Part shown: positions 1 to 11,819 of the stretch, piece by piece
Position numbering within the stretch: position 1 is the first letter of the stretch
Layout of the letters: each line of letters starts with the position of its first letter
DNA from: Haliotis rubra
Lineage: Eukaryota
Reading direction: 5' to 3'
NCBI RefSeq assembly: GCF_003918875.1
Contig: NW_025766558.1
Coordinates: 3,596,001-3,660,000, forward strand
Length of the DNA stretch: 64,000 bases
The notes under the pieces: model-generated
Databases searched by the model: none
What the model was told of the DNA's origin: nothing
Seen by the model: the letters and a program-made list of their open reading frames with translations, nothing else
Position numbers and translations under genes: made by a program

Positions 1-12
1 ACCATAAATTCT

Positions 13-762
13 TTGCGCTCATTGGGTCTTAACAGTACTGACTTACATCCAGTTACATGTGTTAATATATGGAAAAGAATGGTTTTACCTACAAGTTTCT
101 ATGGTTGTGAAACCATGCCTACGCTATATGGCAAAAACATTGATCTGGTGGAAAATACCCAACGATATTTCGATAAATGTATTCAAGGGTTCAACAGACG
201 TATGCCAACAGATTCTATATGTGCCAACCAAGGTCTCTGGACAATGGTTGGGTACATTGACAAGTGTAGATTATTATTCCTTGGAAGATTATGTAATAAC
301 GCTTGTAATTCATCAACGAAAACACTGTTCTGTGCATTTTTTTCACTCACTGTTCACTTAAATATTAGCTCACGCAGTATTTGCAACACTCTGTTATGTA
401 CGGCACGGAAGTATAATCTACTGGACTAGGTATTAACTTACGTGCAAACTGGTATTTTTCCGTCAAAGACAGTTTAGCGCAGAATAGTTTTAAGTTGTAT
501 CTTCTCTTATGAAGAAGTTCAATGGAAATTGAGACTCTCCATAAGAGAGGATATGTCCAGATATGCTGTAATCCATCAAACACTGAGTCTACATAGACTT
601 TACACTCTAATGTACCTGTACCCAGAATATAAAGACCATATACAACTTGCTGTACTAGTCGTTTCTAAAGCTAAATTCTTAAAGGTCACATGCATCGAAC
701 TATATCTATTCTTTAAAAGATTCCTTGATGTATACTTTCTGAACTATCATTGTTGTAAATAA
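13..762 (+). mobile_element. Degenerate non-LTR retrotransposon ORF2 C-terminal fragment (clade undetermined)
   Basis: ORF 13..429 reads IWKRMVLPTSFYGCE...TQRYFDKCIQG...GLWTMVGYIDKCRLLFLGRLC, which resembles the post-RT thumb region of LINE ORF2. It is broken by stops. Confidence 0.5.
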
Positions 763-849
763 CCGTGCTTTGTACATATCATATGTAGATATATGTAACT
801 GACTGATGTTTGTTTATGTAATCTTCGAATATCCGTTTTTGGAGGAAAT

Positions 850-1392
850 AATTCATTCATTCTTTTTCATCCGACACCAGCAACACATTTTCCAGCAAGA
901 TAATGCCAGGCCCAATACTGCTAAAGTCACTCAGGCATTATTCCAGCAGCACAACATCCGACAACTGCCATTGCCTGCTGTCAGTCCCGATTGAAATCCG
1001 ATCGAACATTTTTGGGACGAGCTGCAGAGACGACTGAATGAAGTCCTACCACGTCCGACAACTGCAGCAGAACTCCAGGCAGCCATCATCCGGACATGTG
1101 CAGCAATCCCTAGGGCCTTTGTCAACCGTCTGATTCACTCCATGTTCAGGCGGTGCACAGCTCTAGTGAATGCACGTGGTGGACATACGCGCTACTGACT
1201 TGTTGGATCAATTTCGATTTTGTCTTCAATGCAAAGTAAACCAGCAATGTTTCCATGCATTGGCTGACATGTCCCGATAATCCTGCAATAAGTGTTGATT
1301 GTTATTATGTACCTGTTTTCATGCATTATCTGTCAAAAGTAAAGTTTTTATAAATCTGGATTTTGACTTGCGTTTCTTTTGCGGTTCAGTAT
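850..1392 (+). mobile_element. Tc1/mariner 3' fragment with right TIR
   Basis: FQQDNARPNTA...LPAVSPD*NPIEHFWDEL...RGGHTRY* (end of DDE domain). Ends in gcgtttctttgcggttcagtata, a Tc1-like TIR plus TA. Confidence 0.85.
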
Positions 1393-2119
1393 ATAACTAC
1401 TCTTTGTACTATATTTCTAAGAAACCACATTCAATTAAACTACTACGTATTCCATAAGCCTCTAATGAACGTGTGAATTTCAATGTATCCTCGTCCAGGG
1501 GAAATGTCGTATTGTTTGTTGTTTTGACACCAGTTCTCTATGACGAAAACGCGATAATCCTTACTAACATATACCCAATATCATGGCAGCTGAACTGCCA
1601 GAAAGCACAGGGTGATGATAAATGGTTATTCAACCATGACAAAATAACGTCAATATTGTAATGGCTTGGCATGAGTAAAGGTTTACGAGAGGCATTTATA
1701 CCACAAAGTGCATGATTCTTATTCGTTTATACCATGGTATAATACTGTAGACAAAATACATTCACTGCTATACAGCTCTGTTTGTCATAGAGTGGAGTGA
1801 TTTTCGTCAATCTGTCTCTAAGCTTATATCTATATTGAACACAGATGCGGTTTCTCTTTTTGGATTCGACATGAAAACGATTCCTTAACAATATATGACC
1901 GATATATCCTAATCTTCCCCAAATGTCAAAGGTTTGCTAATTCGAGTTAAATTTCCGTTTCACGTGCGTGAAGAGACTGACAAGGAAGAAGTAAAGCACG
2001 CTTCGCTGTGCAGGTTTACTTCCTTCCAGTGACACACTTAACTTCTCGATTTTTAAGCACTATGCTCTTCCCATTTAATTTCAAAATGATTAATATTATT
2101 AACAAGCTCCAAGCACTGG

Positions 2120-3357
2120 AAGGACGGTTAAATAAATACAGAACAAGCCATATTATCATGTCATGTAAGATATGATATATGTGGGTGGTAACCGAAGGAT
2201 TTTGACAAAACTCATTACATTCACCCAATAACAGCTCTATTTTCACAGCAGAAGCTAACGCCATATTAACAGCTCTTAAATATATTAATAAACACCGTAA
2301 ATATAAACAATACATAATCTTTTCCGATTCTCTTTCGTGTCTTCAGGCTATTAAAAATCTTTCTGGTAAACATCCACTTTTAATAGAAATTACTGAATTG
2401 TACAATGAAATTGCTACTGGCCAATGCGACATCGTCTTTTGTTGGTTACCCAGCCACGTTGGCATTTCTGGGAACACAAGGCAGCATTCAACAAATCTGT
2501 GACACCACTTCTTATTCCATACTCTGATTACAAAGCCAGCATTAGAGCTTACATCCGTGATCTGACGCAGAAGAAGTGGGACACCAAAGTAGGTATTAAC
2601 AAAGTACACGAAATAAAACCTTATATTGGTTACACCTACTTGGGTTGTCAGTCCAGATTTGAAGAGGTCATCATGCGACGATGTCGTATTGGCCACACAA
2701 GGTATACTCACAAATACTTGTTAAAAGGTGAAGATCCTCCGTTTTGTATACCTTGTGATGAGAGAGTCACAGTCAAGCATCTCCTGCTTGACTGTGTTGA
2801 ATTCTCCATCATAAGGGATAAGTATATCAATGTGAAAACAGTTAAGGCTCTTTTTAAGACTGTTAATTTTCATTTAATTATTGGCTTTTCAAAAGAAATT
2901 GATTTAATAGATGAATTTTGAATGATATGTTCTGCAGATAGATGTATTTTAATGATTGGTAGTTTAGATTAGTAACTGATATTGTTAGTGGCTGTACCCT
3001 AGAAAGGGGTGAAAGTACTGTAAAAATATTGTCCTCCTCCGAGGGTACGCAAGTCCCAAAACATGCAAGTAAATTTAAGTCTACCAGGTTTTTAATCGTA
3101 GTTATTTGGTCATTTTAATGTATGGTTAAAGCTCAGCATAAACGCCAATGGCTAAAGGGATGGTGTAAATCCAGTTAGGGTCCATGCAGGTAGTAAAGGC
3201 ACTGTAAGTCCCCATAGTCCCTATTGTGGTGATCTATTTGTTAGCGATCTATAGTACTTTTACATTTATATCTGCGATATTCTACTTGTTTACTGTCCTT
3301 TGTTGACAGTTTTTTTATACTTTACCTATAATTAGTATTACTATATAACTTATCACG
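2120..3357 (+). mobile_element. 5'-truncated I/Nimb-clade LINE (RNase H, CCHC finger, 3' UTR)
   Basis: Motifs FTAEANAI, SDSLSCLQAI, WLPSHVGISGN, RCRIGHTRYTH and CIPCDERVTVKHLLLDC across frameshifted ORFs. A long 3' UTR follows, and fragments of it recur throughout the window. Confidence 0.85.
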
Positions 3358-3718
3358 NNNNNNNNNNNNNNNNNNNNNNNNNNNNNNNNNNNNNNNNNNN
3401 NNNNNNNNNNNNNNNNNNNNNNNNNNNNNNNNNNNNNNNNNNNNNNNNNNNNNNNNNNNNNNNNNNNNNNNNNNNNNNNNNNNNNNNNNNNNNNNNNNNN
3501 NNNNNNNNNNNNNNNNNNNNNNNNNNNNNNNNNNNNNNNNNNNNNNNNNNNNNNNNNNNNNNNNNNNNNNNNNNNNNNNNNNNNNNNNNNNNNNNNNNNN
3601 NNNNNNNNNNNNNNNNNNNNNNNNNNNNNNNNNNNNNNNNNNNNNNNNNNNNNNNNNNNNNNNNNNNNNNNNNNNNNNNNNNNNNNNNNNNNNNNNNNNN
3701 NNNNNNNNNNNNNNNNNN
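3358..3718. other. Assembly gap (361 N)
   Basis: Run of N. Both flanks carry overlapping parts of the same LINE 3' UTR. Confidence 1.
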
Positions 3719-3887
3719 GCGTGCCAGTTTTCAATTAAGAGCTGTGATATTCTAGTAGTTTTACTGTTCTTCGCCGACAGGTTTTTATGTTCTCAATTTA
3801 TTGTTTTTTATATTGATATAAATACATTGTTCTCGTCACGATATGGCTGAGATATTGCCGATGTGACGTTAAATATTAACTCACTCA
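3719..3887 (+). mobile_element. LINE 3' end with (ACTC)n tail
   Basis: atatggctgagatattgccgatgtgacgttaaatattaactcactca. The same tail occurs at about 37180-37242, 52460-52505, 53750-53800, 55395-55440 and on the minus strand at 58558-58620. Confidence 0.8.
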
Positions 3888-3953
3888 TTACATAATGAGC
3901 AAAAACATTAGACATCTTTAGATTCAAGGTCTTAATTTAATATTTGGCATTAA

Positions 3954-4930
3954 TTATGCAAATCGGCAGACACAAACACAATGCCTTATTAAATCGTTCT
4001 CAGTGAGGCAATAGTCAGTCAGTCCACCATTTCGCTCCAAACACTGTTCAGTCAGACGAGGCGTGGAAACTACAAGATTGTCTGTCAGTTCCTCAGATAG
4101 CTCGTACAACGTTTCATGAATCACTCGTTTCAACTCTGCTATGTCTTTTGGTTCCAACTTTTCCACTTTGTACTTGATGATTTGCCAAATATTTTCAATG
4201 GTGTTCAGGTCTGGTGAAGCGGCAGGAAAATCCATTCTTGTATGTGATTCTGACGAAGCCATGTTTTGGTGTGTGCGAATGTGTGAACACGGGCATTGTC
4301 CTGTTGCATAACATCGGATAACATTCTACTTTGTCCAATATTTGAATAAAAAAGTCCCTCTTGTAATTAGATCGCAGTACTTCCCTGAATCAACGCGATC
4401 TGTAATTTCCAAGAGCGACGTTAAGCCAAATTTCTTATCACACCCCGCACCGGCACAGAGGGCGAGAACTTCGGGCCCATTTTATCGCTTTTTCCTTTAC
4501 GACACCACGTTTTATTCGGAATTTTCCAGTTTGAAAAGTCAGTGTCTCTAATACCTTTAACACCACTCCCGTCTTTTCCGTTTGTGCACTTCAGTCATTA
4601 ATGGAATCTTTGTCGGCACTTTCTTCAAAACTCCCGATTCTTTTAAATTCCTCCTTGCAGTCCATTTAGACACTCTTGTACTCCCTAAAACTGTGGCACG
4701 CTCACCTAGTACTGTTGTTTTGCTGACCAGTGTGGATGCGCCGCAGCCAATTGTGCGAGTCGTCTCCTCTCATTCCCATCGAGTTGAAGTGGACGTCCCG
4801 AAAACTGCCTGCAGCTAAAAATCGGGCAATACGTCGGTAAATGGTACTCCAACGTTACCCCGATAGTTTCCGCAACCTCTGAACTGATTTGCGCCCTGCT
4901 TCTTAAAGAGCGAGAAGTCTCAAGGAACAA
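3954..4930 (-). mobile_element. Degenerate Tc1/IS630-type transposase
   Basis: VMQQDNARVHT (about 4285-4320), DFPAASPDLNTIENIWQIIK...CLERNGGLTDY, and an N-terminal HTH-like ERRRLAQLAAAHPHWSAKQ. Confidence 0.8.
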
Positions 4931-6192
4931 GGAAGTCGTCTGCTACAGCGTCATCACGTGCCCCGATATATACTACATTTTTAATATATGCAAATATACA
5001 TTGAATATTTTCAATGGTAATTTTGTAAATGAATTTTTGGTCATTTGAACCAGGAAAAGAGTGTGTTATATAAAACTGTCGAAGAAACGCAACCAGGCAG
5101 TTGTTGTTCAAATTACATAAAATTTGCAAGAACCATGACATATTCGAGACAACTGGCCGGATGTATTAACTTTAAAAGCCCAGACAACCAGACGCTTAAC
5201 ATATCAACTCAACGCAGTCTACAGAAGTGCAGAAGTCGGAGAAACACACCCAAATATCGTTTCAGATGCAACGCCTTGGGGAAAATGAAGAGCTATAGGC
5301 ATGCTTCGGTCTGGTAGCTCGCAGCCTGACATTGCTTGTTGATTTAACGTCCATGGAACACCACTTGGCACGTATGGCGACGAGACTTTGTAAATGTCCG
5401 GATCCGCTTTACTGTTTCTATAACAGAACGGCTCCATATCGCAGTGTTATGTACATATCTCCCTTCAGAAACAGCTGTGATGGGTCGAGACAGTCCTTCA
5501 TCTGATAGAACATGGGGTCGCGAGACCTAGACTAACACAACACTCACAGAGGCTCTTCCCAAAGTATACAACTCGATTTTGATCTTATTATGCTTAATCA
5601 CATATACACTATCTATTCTCACGTTACATGTTTTTGGCCAGTATATCTTAGTACATGTCACCCTGCCAATTCATATATTTTGGTTCTAATGTTAATAGTT
5701 AATAATACCACCTCACCACCTATATTTAAGTACAATTGCTTCAATTTACAGTTTGTGCATATTTATGTGTGTTGCTTTTGAATTCTCTGATGCGCATTTA
5801 CTTTATTGCTCCACTGTATTCTGAATAAAATATTTACTCGTGACTTCTTTTTACCAATCAATGGTCTACAATGAAAGTTGAAACATTATTTTTGGGCAAT
5901 GATTTCCACTATATAAACCCAAATAGCAGTTATACCCCACGGATAAGCACTAAACAAACATCACCCCATTGTTTTATGAGAATACGTGCAAAATGTAAAA
6001 CAAATCCTCTATTCCCACACAAGCAAATCCCCTACGCAAACTAACTGAAATTAATACCACACTACATCACAGCGTTTTTGTTTTTTTTTGTTTTTGGGAG
6101 GAGTGGATATTTAAGGAGAAGAGCTGACAGGTAAGGTATGCTAACTGCTTCGATAAGTATGCCATAATTTAGACATCATTTATTTATAACAG

Positions 6193-6531
6193 GTAAGGTG
6201 AAATAGGGTTTAACGTTGCAATTAAGAATATTTCGCTCATATGACGACGTGCATGCGTGTGTATGTGTGGCGGCTAGTCCAGACTTAAGTTGGTTTTACA
6301 GTGCTAGCCCACTGAGATACCATGCCGCAGTTAAGCATGAATACCCCACTCAGACACAGTATACTGACTCCGAGCCGACCAGTCCTTGTTGTACCCATTA
6401 ATGCCGAGTGCCAGACAGGGACCAACAAGTACCATATTTTAACGTCTTTTGGAATGAGGCGGCCGGGGATCGAACCTGCGACCTTCCACTCTCCCGGAGG
6501 ACGCTCTAACCACTACACCACGGAGGCGGTC
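6193..6531 (-). mobile_element. tRNA-derived SINE with conserved central domain and LINE-like tail
   Basis: Minus strand begins gaccgcctccgtggtgtagtggttagagcg (A box) ... ggttcgatccc (B box), then cattccaaaagacgttaaaatatggtac (recalled as Meta-domain-like), then tail gaaatattcttaattgcaacgttaaacc. Confidence 0.75.
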
Positions 6532-8200
6532 TATTTATTACAATATATATACTGCCCCATCTTGTTTTTTCTTGTTTGTGTATACTTCATTCTTCCAGGT
6601 CTTCGACAGTCTGAATCTGAAGAAGTTATCCAGGCAACACCAACATTCTACAGCGTAAAGTCAAGGCTCTACAGCTCCCGTGCCACCTGTAGAATACGCT
6701 GATGCTGTTTCATATTTTGTTTGATTGTATACTGGGACTCTCTATTATCGCGTCACGAGAAAACATCGGGAAAGCAGAAACACCACGCCCAGCATCGGCT
6801 GTTTACATATGCAAATTACGTAAAATATATTCATCGCTCTTGAAAAAGTCATTTATTTCATTGGAATGTTATGTGTAATCGGAAAAATATTAAAGCATTA
6901 ATCTTTTCAGTAAGTTCTAGAACATTTTGAAACTAATATGACCCCTACTGCCCTTACATCTAGCATGAATCAAATCTTACTTCATCAAGAGCAATCCTGC
7001 GACAACTTTAAGGTCATTTGCATATTTTCCGTGCTAAAAATATAACAGGAAGTGACGTATTATGCAACTTCACTCTGCACACGGCAGCGACTTGTATGGT
7101 ACGTTTTAAGCCGGAAAAACAATATTTTGTAACGTTATTGTTACCTTGTATCCAAATGAATAGAAGTTTCTGATGTTTGGGTTAAAAGCATGATGATATT
7201 ACTAATGTGAATGAAATTCCTAAATATTTTTTAATGATCAAACTATTTAGATTCGTTACTTGTCTTAGTAAACGTTTCACAGTGTCATCTGCTTGTACCG
7301 CGTGCCATAGTAAGAAAATCGCAATACCGCGATAATAGAGAGTTCCTTCAGTTACCGGGTCAAACGAGACAGTCGGAATTGCCGCAATGGTATTAAACGA
7401 GTTGCGACCATGTGTCACATTATTTGTGACAGAAATGAAGATTAAACATCAGTCAACTGAAAATATATATAAAATGCTAAATGTCAGTAGCCGTTCATAA
7501 TCCCGATGGCGACAACATTAACTACCGCGATAATAGAGGGTCCCATGATAAATTGAAATTTAGGTGTGGAAATTAATGTACTTTTAAATATACTTTATTA
7601 TTTTCATGTTTTAGGAATATGTATAAATTTACTTTGTCAATGAGTAAGGGAATATATATAGTATATACAAAATCACGATTGTTCAAATTGCACACTAAAC
7701 CAAGACTATTTTTTATGTTATGTATTTATGTACAGAAAAAATAAAACTATCAGATTTTACTTGCTTGCTTTACTTACTAGTATATTTCCCCATAAATGTA
7801 TGAACTGCCCCCGCCACCTCCTTTGTTCTGTCGATTAAAACGCCTGACTACACCTATAACACTAAACAATAGGGTGGTGGCAAACCGAGACCACACCACC
7901 TTAAAGCCTTATGATGACACAACATCTGTAACCACAGCTCCAAATATACTCATGCTGTTGTGTGGCCATATATTGAGAATATAAATTATGCAAGATATAA
8001 TCGAGATAACGAGGTAGTTTGGAAGGGTAACACATTGATATTTAACTGATGATTGTTGAAAGGAACAAATTCATTCTCATATGTCATACTGTAAAACTTG
8101 GGGCGGGGGCTGGGGTCTACTGCCTAGCCCTCCCTGCAATGCTAAAGCCCTAATTAAAGCAAGTCTAGATTACCTCAGGTTCTGAATTTCCCATCTCAAA

Positions 8201-8393
8201 TGGGTTTACGTGTGCGTGTAAGTCAACTTAGACCCAACTTCAGACAGAAAACATATGCCGTGAACCCAGACAAGTTCACACCCTAGCCCATGGCCACAGC
8301 CCAAGGCCCCAGACCAGAACCCAAGGTTTTACGGCATGCTTATGCTTTTTGTCTGAAGCTGGGTCTGAGTTGACGTACAAGCACATGAAATCA
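8201..8393. repeat. Palindromic MITE-like foldback
   Basis: Arm aagtcaacttagacccaacttcagacagaaaacatatgccgtgaacc pairs imperfectly with ggttttacggcatgcttatgctttttgtctgaagctgggtctgagttgacg. Confidence 0.7.
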
Positions 8394-8859
8394 TAGCTGT
8401 GTAGGATACAGATAGGTATTTATCACACGCTGCCAGAGCTGCCACTACCACATGTAGTTAGTTATTAAATACTAGGGTTTCAATCCTTGGCTAAATGCAA
8501 TAGTGGAATACATTCAAAATCAATGACAGTTTCCTCTTTAAATGTTTATGAACTAATTGATGCCTTCAGAATTCACTATAGCCGTAATTTACAACTTAAT
8601 CGCGGTGTTTTGACAAGTCAGTGTTTTGCCATCAAAATGATGTGAATGAATTCTCCTTATAATTATGTTTGTTTGCTCGTTTATTCCTTCATAATTACAT
8701 GATTTTGGGTGAGTTAGATTACACTGACAATGAGAAAGAAACAAGGCCATACATACTGAACAAATACCATGAAATAGTTTTTTTTAAATTCGGTAAGCAT
8801 TGTACTTGGCACTTTGAACATATTGCAAACATGAATATATATTTCCTTAATATCAGTGC

Positions 8860-8955
8860 TGGAATTGTCCTACTGGTTACAGAACAGGTGTGGGGAAATG
8901 TCATGAGGGGAATTGTCCTAGTGGGGAATTGTCCTGATGGGGAAATGTCCTACAC
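8860..8955. repeat. Short tandem array of about 16-bp ggggaa(t/a)tgtcc units
   Basis: Five recognisable units. Confidence 0.7.
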
Positions 8956-9346
8956 TCGCTGTGGACCCATTTTGCCCCGGGTCCACACGGCGTAAAAGCT
9001 ATTAGCGTCACTCAGCACTCGCCAGGAGGAGGTTGCTCTTCATGGGTGCCCCATCTTCTAAGAGCATCTCATACGTATTGGATGGGATTTAAGTCATGTG
9101 ATTTCGATGGTAAGGATATTATGCCTACTGCAGGTGTAGTTGTGTCCTGCATAGAAATCAAGCGGTTTCGTATGTTCTGGGCAGTTACTCCACACTTAAG
9201 CAGAGCGTAACTGGCTGATGTGGTCGAAAACAATTACGCAAATGACGTACGTAGCCCAGTTTGATCGTACTCTGCATGTGACCTTGGGCGCTCAGATGTA
9301 CGCGGTTCATGCACATGTGAGGGCATTCTTTTTCCTTTTGTGTTTC

Positions 9347-9597
9347 GACCCGTGAAGATCTGGGGTAGAATAGGTCTTCAGCAACCCATGCTTACCATAA
9401 AAGGCGATTATGCTTGTCGTAGGAGGCGACTAACGGGATCGGGTGGTCAGGCTCGCTGACTTGCTTGACACATGTCATCGGTTCCCAGCTGTGCAGATCG
9501 ATTCTCATGCTGTTGATTACAGGATTGTCCGGTCCAGACCGCCGCCATTTCTAGCTGGAACATTGCTGAGTGCGGCGCAAAACTAAACTCACTCACT
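9347..9597 (+). mobile_element. SINE-like retroposon (gacccgtgaagatc family)
   Basis: Flanked by TSD ttttgtgtttc and ends in an (actc)n tail. Homologous copies at 18150-18415 (-), 25795-26051 (+) and partial 63333-63412. Confidence 0.85.
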
Positions 9598-9837
9598 TTT
9601 TGTGTTTCACGTAGCCACCAAATTCTTAACATAGGTCGGTCGGTCGGGACCCCCCCTCCCTAAAAAGAATAATAATAAAGACAACATTCTCATTTATTGT
9701 ACTTCTTAGTACAATTTCTCGCGTTCTCATGACTTCATACTCGTGGCAACGACTGAGTGAAGGTTAACAATTTTTTAATGATATTTTCTAACGTTAATAA
9801 ATTTGGGTAATACAGTCATTTTGTGTGGTGGTATCGA

Positions 9838-9930
9838 TTCAAGGGTCGTCACACACGCTTCTGAAGGCTTGGACAGTTCATAATGTGACTTGAAACACAT
9901 CTTGTGAATGATCTGTGATTGGATAACATT

Positions 9931-9996
<66 letters not shown>

Positions 9997-10168
9997 CTTG
10001 TGCTTGATTCCGTGACCAGATTACTGTCGACTGGACATTGGTGATTCTGTTTCATGCTTGGTAAATGGTTAAATTTTGGATAAAAAACAAATTTTCTATC
10101 ATATATGTCTTGGTGTCTTCTTTATGAGCCACAACATCAGGTGATCAATTTCTTTTGCCCGGTAGTTT
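9838..10168 (+). mobile_element. Tc1 3' end with an embedded (AC)n microsatellite (9938-9993)
   Basis: GRHTRF* terminus and TIR-like tttcttttgcccggtagt at about 10150-10165. Confidence 0.6.
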
Positions 10169-10199
10169 ACAATGCTGGTTTGTGTACATGGACTTAAAT

Positions 10200-10990
10200 G
10201 CACACCTCAAAAACATATCTTTGGATACTTTAATGCACGATTACGCTCGAAAGTGTCAACTTGCATAAAACTGTCATGGAGAAAAAGTGGTTCGCAATAT
10301 CCATGTGCAGTTCTGAGGAATTGTGAGCAGGGACATTGCCTTATTAGACGGTCATTGGTAAATGAAAGCATATCGTTATGCTGCGACCAACTCTTGCAAA
10401 TCAAAACATAGCCATTGGACGTTGACCTATAGGCTGGGGAGTCTCAATCACCTCAATGTTCACCAGAGTACCATGAGTCGTCTATGGAACCGATATAAAA
10501 AATATATACGCAAGATCGGTCTCGATTATCACTGCAGCGCAGGATAAGTACATCTGGATAACTACATATCGAAATATCACAGATACTGCAACTGCAGTGT
10601 CTGGTTTATGAAGAGTGCCCGCGCAAACCATTCGTAATCGTTGTACGAGAAGCTGGACTTTGAGGCAGAAGATCCTACTTTCGCCCTGAGGTGCGACGAC
10701 GATATCGACTGCTCCAGTGGTTCAATATCGTTCGATTCTTGAATCTACAAACCTGGCTCAGTGTATGGCTCAGTGGCGAATCACGCTTTCTGCTTCAGTG
10801 CCGAGACGGAAGAGTACGTGCGAAAGGACCGTTTTGCCCCAAATTGTGTCGCCCAGGTTGAGCGATATGGTGGTGTGAGTCTCACGCTGTGGGAAACCAT
10901 ATCCTACACGCATAAATCTAACTTCGTATGCCTTCAGGGTAATTTAACTGCTATTCGGCACAGATACTAAATCTGGTGGCCACTACAGAT
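10200..10990 (+). mobile_element. Degenerate Tc1 5' part
   Basis: LNVHQSTMSRLWNRY (HTH) and RFAPNCVAQVERYGGVSLTLWETISYTHKS...GNLTA. Confidence 0.75.
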
Positions 10991-11819
10991 ATTAAAGACA
11001 ATGCCCCAAATTGTAACTGTAAGTACATCTATGCCTTTCCTTTTTTGAGAACGTATTAGTGATCACTCAGAGCTAAACGGACGCCTTCACGTATTGATAT
11101 GATACTTTTATACTGTGAATTTTGGCTGCAACGGATCCAGAATTACATTGGTATCGCCATTTAAAGGGAGGGAATATTACTGATAAGTCAGAGTTAAACA
11201 GTTATCATTTTACCTTGCAATCACGTGGCTCTTTATTTCCCTCAAACCAACTTGGTTGCAGTAGCTTCTCGTCATATCTTCATGTTCAACGCACCGTAAT
11301 GCCTCGTATAATCATGTATTGCGAAACCGGTCAATTACGCAAAACTTAGATGTGCCAATGCTCTTAGAAGTAGGTTTATGTAGAATAATTTGTCATAGTC
11401 GAACTGTGAGTGAGTGAGATACACTGTACTTTCAGTGAAACGTTTTTGCTGCTCGTATACTCATTGTTGAATGCCACGTACATTAAACCATATCTCCAAA
11501 TTTGACCAGTGTGAAACTGAACTGCCTAAACGAATTGCAAGTGAATCCCTGGCATCTGATTCAATAACCAAGAAATTAAGTCAGAACAACCGAACAAACC
11601 CTACAGTCTGAAGGCGTCCAGGACAACTGTTTCCTGGTTGGCTCTAGACAAGACATGTGTTACATTACTGCGTCGCGTGAACTTATTAATATGACGGTTG
11701 TCTACAGTTTCTATGGTTTCTAGTGAGGATTATAACAAACAAATATGATTTTGTCAAAACCACAACTTTCCCCAGCATCGCTAGATGTCGCAGAACGTCA
11801 TAACGATAGCCATAACATA

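Noticed and set aside
6450-6531. Functional tRNA genes here and at about 60210-60316 and 62630-62704
   Set aside because: The heads continue into SINE bodies or have abnormal spacing, and none has a clean acceptor stem with a terminator.
6599-6702. Possible plus-strand terminal exon after ttcttccag
   Set aside because: The acceptor is plausible, but there is no recognisable peptide and no partner exons.
8860-8955. CRISPR-like array here or at 20186-20290
   Set aside because: The context is eukaryotic, the units are short and degenerate without unique spacers, and there are no cas genes.
9849-10055. Cys/Val-rich ORFs here and at 17161 and 60505
   Set aside because: They are translations of (GT)n microsatellites.
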